This document shows positions 19,934-28,456 of a DNA stretch of 64,000 nucleotides, piece by piece. Each line of letters begins with the position of its first letter. Position 1 is the first letter of the stretch. The stretch spans positions 12,449-76,448 of the forward strand of contig JAYUUO010000282.1 in NCBI GenBank assembly GCA_043754515.1, in the 5' to 3' direction. The notes beneath the pieces are model-generated. The model made no database searches. It saw only the letters and a program-made list of their open reading frames with translations, and was not told the DNA's origin. The stretch is from Armatimonadota bacterium (GTDB lineage Bacteria > Armatimonadota > Armatimonadia > Armatimonadales > Armatimonadaceae). A program made the translations under genes and the position numbers.

Positions 19934-20791
19934 ATGACCATTGCCGATCCTCCCGCCGCGCGTCGCCTTTCCTCTCCAGGCGGCCGCGTCGCTACAACCG
20001 TACCGAGCGTATCAGGCACGTTCTCATTAGGTCGCTTGGTGCCGCAGGTCGCCTTTTACCTCGCCCTCCTATTCGCCTGGTGGTTCCTGGCGGAGCGGAG
20101 AGTCTGGCCTCCTTATCTCCTCCCACCCCCCCGCGACGTGTGGCTATTCCTCGCGGGTGCCACGAAAGACGGGACGTTGTTGCCCGCCGTGGCCACCTCC
20201 GCCCTGCGCGGCGCGGCGGGGTACGGTATTGCACTGGGGCTGGGCACGGTGTTGGGCCTCGCGCTCGCCCGCGTCCGATGGCTCGACGAGACGCTGGGCG
20301 GCGCGGTCGTCGGTCTGCAATCGCTCCCCTCGATCTGTTGGTTCCCGCTCGCGCTTCTCTGGTTCGGCCTGAACGAGAAGGCGGTGTTCTTCGTGGTCGT
20401 GATGGGTGCTCTCTTCGCGGTCACGCTCGCCGTACGCTCAGGGGTGCGCTCCCTGCCCCCGCTCACACTTCGTGCCGCGCGTACGCTGGGCGCGACCGGG
20501 CACAGACTCTGGCTATATGTGCTGTTGCCCGCCATTCTGCCCGCGTTCCTGTCGGGAATGCGGCAGGGCTGGGCGTTCGCGTGGCGTTCGCTGATGGCGG
20601 CGGAACTACTGTCGCAGTCACTGAAGGCCGGGGTGGGGCACCTGCTGAGCACAGGGCGCGATCTAAACGACATGCCGATGGTGCTCGGCATGATCGCCGT
20701 GATTTTGCTGTTCGGCGTCGCGGTGGACAGGGTTCTATTCGCCCCGCTGGAGCGCGTCGTCGCCCGCCGCTGGGGCACGGAGGGCGCGTGA
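19934..20791 (+). CDS. NitT/TauT/SsuC-family ABC transporter permease
   Basis: LLPPP, LQSLPSICWFPLALLWFG, AARTLGA, GWAFAWRSLMAAEL. Confidence 0.9.
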   Translation: MTIADPPAARRLSSPGGRVATTVPSVSGTFSLGRLVPQVAFYLALLFAWWFLAERRVWPPYLLPPPRDVWLFLAGATKDGTLLPAVATSALRGAAGYGIALGLGTVLGLALARVRWLDETLGGAVVGLQSLPSICWFPLALLWFGLNEKAVFFVVVMGALFAVTLAVRSGVRSLPPLTLRAARTLGATGHRLWLYVLLPAILPAFLSGMRQGWAFAWRSLMAAELLSQSLKAGVGHLLSTGRDLNDMPMVLGMIAVILLFGVAVDRVLFAPLERVVARRWGTEGA

Positions 20792-20825
20792 CGCAACGCC
20801 CCATTTTCGATGCGGGCGGTGCGCC

Positions 20826-21629
20826 GTGCCCATAGCCGTCTCGAACGTCGGTCGTCGCTACGGGGATGTCGTCGCGCTTGAGGATGTATCTCTTGTAGTC
20901 CCGGACGGCCAGTTCCTCGCGCTGATCGGGCCGTCGGGTTGCGGCAAGTCCACGCTACTCTCCATGCTCGCCGGTCTGGACGCGCCGACGACCGGTACCA
21001 TTACGGTTTCCGGTCGGGTCGGGATGGTATTCCAGGAGGCCGCGTTGTTCCCGTGGCGCACGGTACGCGACAATGTGGCCTTCGGCTTGCAGATGCGGAG
21101 TGTCGCGAAGGGGGAGCGAGAGCGGCGCGCGGACGAGGCGTTGAAACTGGTACACTTGTCGCGCTTCGCCGGGTCATTCCCGCACGAACTGTCGGGCGGC
21201 ATGCGGCAACGCGCCGCCATCGCCCGCGCCCTGGTCGCCGACCCGGACGTGCTGTTGATGGACGAACCGTTCGGCGCGCTAGACGCGCAGACCCGCTCCC
21301 TGCTCCAGTCCGAACTGCTCGCGGTGTGGGAGATGACGCGCAAAACGGTGGTGTTCGTCACGCATGGCATGGACGAGGCACTGGTTCTCGCGGACCGGAT
21401 CGTGCTCCTGTCCGCGCGGCCGGGGCGGATCATCGCCGACCTTTCGATAGACGCGCCCCGCCCCCGCGACCCACGTGCCGATTCCACGCTCCGCGCCGCG
21501 TACGAGACGCTGCGCGATCTGCTCACGAAGGAGGTCGAGTCGGTCGCCCGCGCGGAGCACGACGGTGATTGGGCGGGCGTCTCGCAACCCGCCGCCGATC
21601 CGAACGCTTCCGAAGGTGCCGACATCTGA
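20826..21629 (+). CDS. NitT/TauT/SsuB-family ABC transporter ATP-binding protein
   Basis: GPSGCGKST, LSGGMRQR, LLMDEPFGALD, VTH, LSARPGRI. Confidence 0.93.
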   Translation: MPIAVSNVGRRYGDVVALEDVSLVVPDGQFLALIGPSGCGKSTLLSMLAGLDAPTTGTITVSGRVGMVFQEAALFPWRTVRDNVAFGLQMRSVAKGERERRADEALKLVHLSRFAGSFPHELSGGMRQRAAIARALVADPDVLLMDEPFGALDAQTRSLLQSELLAVWEMTRKTVVFVTHGMDEALVLADRIVLLSARPGRIIADLSIDAPRPRDPRADSTLRAAYETLRDLLTKEVESVARAEHDGDWAGVSQPAADPNASEGADI

Positions 21630-21641
21630 CGCGCTCCTCCT

Positions 21642-22505
21642 TCACAACCCGATACCCGTGAATCGCTTTAACCCGCCACGCCAGAGGAGCGTAGACAGGC
21701 ACAGCCCGCCGATGATCCAGCCGACCTGATGGAGCAGACCGCTGTGGATCTGCTCGGTGGTCAGACGCCCCAGGAACAGCTCGGTCGGGAACGCGATGGT
21801 GTAGCGGAACGGCAACGCCTCCGCGAGCCAGCGAAAGGACGCCGGGAATAGCGCGATCGGCGCGACCTGGCCGTTGAATATCACCAGCGGGATGAACCAG
21901 AAGTTGAACAACGAGCGCGTCTCGACCACATATAGCGCGAGCAAGCCGACCGGGTAGGTGATACAGAACGACACGAAGTGCCCGAGTACCAGCGCAAGTA
22001 GAAAATAGCCGTCTGGATGGTAGTCGGCGAAATGGAGCGTGCCCCGAAACAGCCACGCGGCGAGCAGAAACACCGGTAGGAACAACACGGTGCGCATGAT
22101 TCGCCACGCCAGAAACCCTAAATAGTTGTACGCCTGGTAGCCGAAGGGACGGAGCAGAAACGCGGAAAATTTGCCGTCTTTGATGTCCTGCGCGATCTCC
22201 CACATCTGGTGGCACGTCACGAAGTTGCCGACCGCGAGCAGGATCAGATAGTAGGCTGTGATCTGACTCGGGTCGTAGCCCGCGATGTTGCTCCGCCCAT
22301 GGAACGACGCGAGCCAGATCAGCGGCATTACCAGGGTTGGGATCGTGTCGGTCAGGATCCAGATAACCGCGACGGCGCGGTACGTCAGAGCATCCTGCAC
22401 GAAAACGCTGAAAATACGGCTCCATTTCCGAATCAGCCGCGGGAATAATTGTTTGACACTAAGCGGTGGGGGAGTGACAGGCGCGGGAGTGGTTGCGGTA
22501 AGCAT
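21642..22505 (-). CDS. ABC-2 type exporter permease (DUF990-like)
   Basis: IAQDIKDGKFSAFLLRP, GQVAPIALFP, LPF...FP, LWRGGLKRF. Confidence 0.8.
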   Translation of the reverse strand: MLTATTPAPVTPPPLSVKQLFPRLIRKWSRIFSVFVQDALTYRAVAVIWILTDTIPTLVMPLIWLASFHGRSNIAGYDPSQITAYYLILLAVGNFVTCHQMWEIAQDIKDGKFSAFLLRPFGYQAYNYLGFLAWRIMRTVLFLPVFLLAAWLFRGTLHFADYHPDGYFLLALVLGHFVSFCITYPVGLLALYVVETRSLFNFWFIPLVIFNGQVAPIALFPASFRWLAEALPFRYTIAFPTELFLGRLTTEQIHSGLLHQVGWIIGGLCLSTLLWRGGLKRFTGIGL

Positions 22506-22546
22506 CAGTCCTTATTATAGCGCGGGATGCCGCGCCGCGTTCCGCG

Positions 22547-23176
22547 CTAATTACAACCCAGGTCCCGGCGCACCGATTCGCCCACCGGATAGTGCCGCTC
22601 CTCCGGCACTTCGGGCAGGTCGCCCCGCGGTTGCCGCACGCACGCCCTGATCTCATGCGCCAATCTGGTCACGTCCTCGACGCCGACGATCCACTCGTTA
22701 ACGTAGCGGTGGACGAAATCGCCGCTGATGCCGAACTGAATCGCGCGTCGGTCCATCTTCTCGTTGCGCGGGGTGCGATCCGGATCCCACTGGCAACGCA
22801 CCTTAGACCGGCGCAGGGCATCCCCCCACAATATCTCGGTCGTGCAAACTTCCGGCGCGTAGTGTGAGAGGACTGCCTCCTCCAGAATCGCGTCGAACCC
22901 GGCACGGGTGATCCGTATTCGGGCGATGGCCTCCTGCCGGTGAGCGGTCGCATACTCGGACCGGTGGAGCATCCAGCCGAACGACGGCTTGATTCAGGTC
23001 ATTCGGCTCATCCCGAATCCCTTGCCGAACGTGCCGTGCTCCGTTGCGTAGGCGATGATCTCGCGGTCGAACGCCTGGTAAACGGTGACCGTTTCATCGT
23101 CGTAGCACACCAGAACGCGGCGCGGGTTCGCCACCGCTTTATCATCCTGTGTGTTTAGATTGTGTATCATTGACAT
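22547..23176 (-). pseudogene. DUF4291-like gene interrupted by an in-frame TGA
   Basis: TVYQAF...RMT*IKPSFGWMLHRS...VRCQWDPDR...RRAIQFG. The TGA at 22994-22996 stands where the family has Trp (RMTWIKPSF). Confidence 0.85.
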
Positions 23177-23210
23177 CTATGTCGCGGGGTGTGAGCGATC
23201 CGCTAAATCA

Positions 23211-24325
23211 CTACCGGTAGTGCCGCGCCGTCATTACGCGCTTATCAGGACCGGTTGCCACATCACATACCGACGCGTCCACGAACGCTTCCTGAAGCCA
23301 CGCCTCCTTCGGCGAGATTACCAAGGCGCCCGCCTTACCAGGTTTGAGGCGGCGGGGGAGCGAGAGCACGCCGCTCCACCCCGCCGCGACCTGTTCGGCC
23401 TCCGGTCGCTGTTCGCGAATCCAGCCGAACAGGAGCCGCTCGCCGCCCGCGCCGAGGCAGGACTTCGCGGCGTAAAACGGCCCGTCGTCGCACGAACCCC
23501 ACGCCTCGCGGGCGAATGTCATGCTGCCTGTGTCCATAGTGCCGATGTGCCGCGCGACGTCAGCAGGCACCACTTGTCCGTGCCGGGCAGGGGAAGAAGT
23601 CGGGGCACTCGAAATCGTGCCCAGTCCCGGCGTCGCCCGAGAACAATACGTGCCGGTATTCCCAGCGGAGCAGGGTATCGTCCGTCGCCTCATAACAGAA
23701 ACGCCGCGCCGCCCGCGCCGTTCCGTTGCTCGTTGCCGATCACGCAGTACCATTTGCCGTCCGGCGTCGCGAATGTTTGCGGGTCACGGAAGCACTCGCC
23801 GTAACCGCCCGGTTTTTCGGAGAGGCCGGTCAGCGGGTTGTCCGCGCACTTCTCACATGTCATCAGATCGTCCGAGAGCGCGGCGCATTGCACCTGCGTG
23901 AACGGGTCGTTAGACGGGATCGCGGTGTACAGCGCGACGTATTTGCCGTCCGGCGGTCGTCGCGTGATACAGCCCGTCCAGACGCCGCGGAAATCCGGGT
24001 CGCCCGGAGTTCGGGACGGCGCGAGGGCAATCCCGTGGTTCTGCCACGTCAGCAGGTCGGTGCTAGACACGTGGAGCCAGTGCATGTCGCCTCAGACGGG
24101 CGCGCCCGGGTTGTGTTGAAGGTAAACGTGGTACCGCCCCGTCCGGTCGTCGAAAAACGGGACCGGGTCGTTGATCCAGGTTCCCGGTGGCGCGGCGAAA
24201 TGGTAGCGCGGGCGGTTCTCGTCGGTCGGCATGGGCGGCGGCAGCATAATGGCGTCAGCGTTGGACGCTCCGGGCGGATATTCCTCCCACGCTCCCTGGG
24301 CGACAGACGAGATCGGTGTGTTCAA
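23211..24325 (-). pseudogene. GH32 (beta-fructosidase-like) pseudogene
   Basis: RPRYHF, WINDP, QHNP...*GDMHW, FRDP, then ECPDFFP and FYAA...LLFGW...SLPR in shifted frames. One nonsense codon, several frameshifts near 23550-23695, C-terminal domain missing. Confidence 0.88.
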
Positions 24326-24372
24326 TCGTTTGCCCCGAAAACACTCGGCTTGATGACCCCGTGAAACGAAGT

Positions 24373-24402
24373 TTGACTATTGCGCCGCGCTTGTGTTATC
24401 AT
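24373..24402 (+). promoter_or_regulatory. Sigma-70-type promoter for the cell-surface cluster
   Basis: TTGACT-18 nt-TATCAT with an extended -10 TG, about 330 nt upstream of the ATG at 24732. Confidence 0.65.
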
Positions 24403-24731
24403 GTCGTCGTGATCGGTAATCAGAGTACGCCTACCGAATGTCAGTCGCCCGACCCCGGAGCGGAAGGGGAGTGGGTGCGCCACCATCGCCCCCTCTTTTT
24501 CCCGGCGTGTCTGACCGAATGGCGGCAACTCCCCGGCGCGCGAGTTGTCCAAAACAGCGTTCGTTCTTTGGAATCAGGTGCCGACCGTTCCGAACATCAC
24601 CCAAACCGCCCCGCCATCCTGCCGGGGTAAGATCGAAGATACCGCCTTGTTCGTAATCGTCCAAGGCGAACCAGGGGCGGTCTCTGAATATTTGCCAGAG
24701 GTTCCTTGCCGACACCCTATGAGGAGTTGAA

Positions 24732-26360
24732 ATGCGTTTGCTATTTTTTCAGTCTCGAACTGAGCGATCACTCCCCGTTGCGTCGCTGACGTGTACGGTG
24801 CTTGCCTGTTGCGCGTTGTTGGGCGCGGTGCTTGGTACCGGGGGGTGTGGCGGCGGCCACGACGACGGTTCGGGGAACGCCTCGCCCTCGCCTTCTCCCA
24901 CCGCGACGCCCGCCTCGACTCCCATCCCGCAACCCGTCTCCTTCGACCTGACCTGGGGGCCGCGCACCCGCGCCGTGCTTAACGCCGGTAGCATCAACTC
25001 CGCGCGGTCCGCCATGTTCACGCTGTATCAGGGGACCGACCGCCTCGGCGGAATCAAAGCCTTAATCAAGGTCAACCGCGACACCCGTACCGATTCTTAC
25101 ACGGTCAGCCTCAACACTGGCACGGCGACCCTGGACGCGCGCCAGCCCGTGCTGATTGACGCCGTTTTCTACGCGAACCCTGATCAGGTCGGTGCCGTCG
25201 TCGCCGGTGCCTCGTTGCAGTCCTCCATCAGCAAGACGAACGGCGCGCTCGCCGACTCCGTCTCGCTCGTCGGCGAGATCACGAACGTCCAGGTGTTCGG
25301 CACCACCGCCTTCGTCGGCGAATCCTCTCCGATCACGATCAATACCAGCAACCGGTTCGGGAGCCTGATACCCATCTCGCCCGGCTCGCTGACCCTAACG
25401 GTCGTGACCGGTACCGATAAATTGTCGGCGCAACCGGGTAACGGCCCCGCCGATCCGCAGCAGGTAACCGGACTGGCACCCGGCGTCGCGACCCTCACGG
25501 CGAGCGTTGACGGTGCGACCAGCCCGCCCGTCACGATCAATGTTGCCTCCCGCGCCATCGTCACCATCGCGCCGCCGAACCCCGCCGTATTTCTCACCAG
25601 GACGTTGCAACTGACGGCGGTAGTTTCCGGATTGCCGAACGGTGCGGGCGCGGCGGGCCAGGCGGTCATATGGAGCGTGAACACGCCGAACGGCGGCACC
25701 ATCTCGCCGACCGGTCTGTACACCGCGCCCGCCCAGGAAGGTAACTACGTCGTCCAGGCGCAGTCGGTTTACGACCCGACCAAGATCGCGACCGCCTCGG
25801 TCGCCGTCACCTCCGGCGTCGCGGTGATCGTTTCCCCGCCTACCGCCAACATTTCCCTGGGCGAGCCGACGCAGTTCAGCGCGGCGGTTTCCAACGCGCC
25901 CGCCGGTAAAACCGACGTCATCTGGTCGGTACAGGGGGGCGACACAAACGGCACCATCCTGGCAAACGGCACGTATACCGCGCCGCGCAGGGAAGGCACC
26001 TACACGGTGGTCGCTACCAGTGCCTTCGACAACCGGAAGTTCGGAACTGCAACCGTCACCGTCACCTCGCAGGTAAACGTGGTAATCACGCCGCGCGTCA
26101 ACGTGACCGTGGGCGTCGGGCTGACGCAACAGTTCACGGCAGCCGTGGCGCGGGCGGTGGGGGACAACTCGGTCACCTGGAGGGTGGAGCCTGATGCGAG
26201 CGGGAACGCGGTCGGCACGATCTCGCCGACTGGCTTGTACACCGCCCCCGCGAAGCGTACTCTGGTCTACATCCGCGCGACCAGTAATTTCGACTCCCGC
26301 CGGTTCGACCGCGTTCCGGTGCAGATAACCGCCGGTGGAGCCGACATCTCGGTCAAGTAA
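24732..26360 (+). CDS. Lipoprotein with tandem Ig-like (Big_2-like) repeats
   Basis: GAGGAG SD; signal peptide ending GGC-GGG; Pro/Ser/Thr linker; three repeats of V.WSV...GTI...G.YTAP...G.Y.V.A.S..D. Confidence 0.85.
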   Translation: MRLLFFQSRTERSLPVASLTCTVLACCALLGAVLGTGGCGGGHDDGSGNASPSPSPTATPASTPIPQPVSFDLTWGPRTRAVLNAGSINSARSAMFTLYQGTDRLGGIKALIKVNRDTRTDSYTVSLNTGTATLDARQPVLIDAVFYANPDQVGAVVAGASLQSSISKTNGALADSVSLVGEITNVQVFGTTAFVGESSPITINTSNRFGSLIPISPGSLTLTVVTGTDKLSAQPGNGPADPQQVTGLAPGVATLTASVDGATSPPVTINVASRAIVTIAPPNPAVFLTRTLQLTAVVSGLPNGAGAAGQAVIWSVNTPNGGTISPTGLYTAPAQEGNYVVQAQSVYDPTKIATASVAVTSGVAVIVSPPTANISLGEPTQFSAAVSNAPAGKTDVIWSVQGGDTNGTILANGTYTAPRREGTYTVVATSAFDNRKFGTATVTVTSQVNVVITPRVNVTVGVGLTQQFTAAVARAVGDNSVTWRVEPDASGNAVGTISPTGLYTAPAKRTLVYIRATSNFDSRRFDRVPVQITAGGADISVK

Positions 26361-26485
26361 GTAATCCCGACCGGGCGGTGGACTCGCTCCGCCGCCCCCG
26401 CAACCGTTCCCTGCGCGAGCAGGGCGGGGGCACCGATCAAAGCGCGTTGCGAACGCGCTGTGACCTACACCATAAACGGACCCGT

Positions 26486-28399
26486 ATGAAACCATTATTT
26501 TTCTTCCCGAAAGCCGCGACGCGCGGTCAACTCGCCGTGCGCCTGCCGCTCGCATTTGCCGCGATCGCGCTGTGCTCGCCGCTCCTCGTCAGCGTCGGTT
26601 GCGGCGGATCGGCGGGCGGCGACCCGTCCACAACGCACGCCACGTCGCGTAAAACCGGCGGCTTGTCACTCAGCGTCACCTGGCCCGAGCGGACCCGTCT
26701 GATCCCCGACGCGTCGGAAAGCATCGTCGTCACGGTGCTCAAGGCCGGTGCCAGCCTCCGTACCGCGACGCTCACTCGCCCCGCCGCCGGTCAACCGCTA
26801 ACGACCACGGCGTCGTTCGATGACCTGCCCGTCGGCACCGATTACGTGGTCACCGCCGCTGCGTTCCCCGTGCCCGGCGGTACCGGCGTCGCGCAGGCGC
26901 GCTCCTCCATGACGTTCGCCTTCGCCGTGACCGACAACGTACGCACCCCAGTTTCGGTCACGATGGACTCGACCATCGTGAAACTCGCCCTGCAACCCTT
27001 GCTCCTATTCCCGCTCGGCGCGGGGCGCACCCAGACCTTTAGTCTGGTCGCGACTGACGCGCAGGGAAATATCGTGCTGACGTCGCCGCGCAAGTTGAAC
27101 TTCAACCTTGCCCAAGACACTGCCGGTACCGCGACACTAACTCAAGACGCCCTTACATCGTCCGCGACGCTCGCGGTGGTCGCCCCGCCCGCGAACGGGC
27201 GCGTGAAGCTCACGATCACGGCGACGGATACCGAGTCGGGCAAAATAGCGACGGAAGATGTTTACGTGAACGCGGTCGGGCTTGCCACCGATGCGACCTG
27301 GGCGAAGTTCCATGGGGATGTACATAACACGGGCCGGCTCGCGCAGATGCTAACCCCGCCGGTCGGCGGCACGGCGACCGTTTTTGCCACGGTAGCCTCG
27401 CAGATCGTTTTCTCATCCCCGGTGATTGACAAGAGTGGGAATGTCTATATCGGGGCGTATGACAAGAATATCTACGCGTTCGACAAGAACGGCAACAAAC
27501 TCTGGTCGGTTGCCACGGGTGACATCATCGAGTCTACGCCCGCTCTGTCGAAGGATGGCGCTCTGTATGTCGGTAGCAACGACGGGAAGTTGTACTGCAT
27601 AGAGACTTCGACGGGCGCGGTGCGATACACCGTTCCCGTGGACGGCTCCATATATGGCTCGCCGGTGATCGGGGATAATGGCATTGTGTACTTTGCTACG
27701 ACCGACCCCGGTAGTAGCGTCTACGCGATAGACGCTCTGTCTGGCGTTATAAAGTGGAAACAAGCCGTGCCCGGTGCCGGCGTACAAACCACGCCCGCCC
27801 TGAGCCTCGACGGGAGCGTGCTCTACTTCGGCGCGAACAGCGGCATGGTCTACGCCAAGAACGTGACAGACGGCAGTGACGCGCACACCGCCTTCCAGGC
27901 GGACGCCGAGGTTTACACTTCGTCGTGCATGGTGGGCGATGACGGGACCGTCTACTTTGGTACACTCGGTGGCAAGCTGTATGCGCTGAACGCGGACCTG
28001 ACGCCCAAGTGGGCTAGCCCGTACGACACGGGTGCACCCATCTACGGTACTCCGGCGATCAGTAGTGACGGTAGCACGGTCTACGTCGGGAATCTCGACA
28101 ATTTCAGCGGACTGAACACCAACAAGTTGACCGCCGTCAATACCGCCGGGGGCGACAATAAGTGGGAGTTTGTTACAGGGGACGGGATCACCGCGTCCGC
28201 CGCGGTCGGCTCCGATGACACTATCTATGTCACTTCTTTCGACAGCAACCTGTACGCGCTGAACCCGGATGGGTCGCTTAAATCGAAGACACCGATCGCG
28301 GCGGCGGCGGGAACCGCCGTCGAATCGTCGCCGGGCTTCGGGCCTGACGGGGCGATCTATTTCGGTTCCACGGACGGCACGATACAGGTCGTTCGCTAA
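26486..28399 (+). CDS. Lipoprotein with N-terminal beta-sandwich domains and a C-terminal PQQ-type (BamB-like) beta-propeller
   Basis: Signal peptide ending VGC-GG; WAKFHGDVHNTGR; about eight SSP.I..DG.VY.G..DG.LYA....G..KW blades. Confidence 0.85.
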   Translation: MKPLFFFPKAATRGQLAVRLPLAFAAIALCSPLLVSVGCGGSAGGDPSTTHATSRKTGGLSLSVTWPERTRLIPDASESIVVTVLKAGASLRTATLTRPAAGQPLTTTASFDDLPVGTDYVVTAAAFPVPGGTGVAQARSSMTFAFAVTDNVRTPVSVTMDSTIVKLALQPLLLFPLGAGRTQTFSLVATDAQGNIVLTSPRKLNFNLAQDTAGTATLTQDALTSSATLAVVAPPANGRVKLTITATDTESGKIATEDVYVNAVGLATDATWAKFHGDVHNTGRLAQMLTPPVGGTATVFATVASQIVFSSPVIDKSGNVYIGAYDKNIYAFDKNGNKLWSVATGDIIESTPALSKDGALYVGSNDGKLYCIETSTGAVRYTVPVDGSIYGSPVIGDNGIVYFATTDPGSSVYAIDALSGVIKWKQAVPGAGVQTTPALSLDGSVLYFGANSGMVYAKNVTDGSDAHTAFQADAEVYTSSCMVGDDGTVYFGTLGGKLYALNADLTPKWASPYDTGAPIYGTPAISSDGSTVYVGNLDNFSGLNTNKLTAVNTAGGDNKWEFVTGDGITASAAVGSDDTIYVTSFDSNLYALNPDGSLKSKTPIAAAAGTAVESSPGFGPDGAIYFGSTDGTIQVVR

Positions 28400-28456
28400 T
28401 TTTCCGCGACGGGGTCAGGAAATCCCCGCGCCGCCAAGGATCAAACGGTAACAATT

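Noticed and set aside
26390..26407. Cobalamin riboswitch, suggested by GCCGCCCCCGCAACCGT
   Set aside because: No upstream GGGAA/GGTG..A.TCC element, no B12 box, and the segment pairs locally with CGGGGGC.
25395..26555. Long antisense or alternate-frame ORFs (this one, and e.g. 21523-22425, 33714-34619, 34799-35878)
   Set aside because: They are Arg/Pro/Gly-rich shadow ORFs expected in GC-rich coding DNA, overlap well-supported genes and show no motifs.
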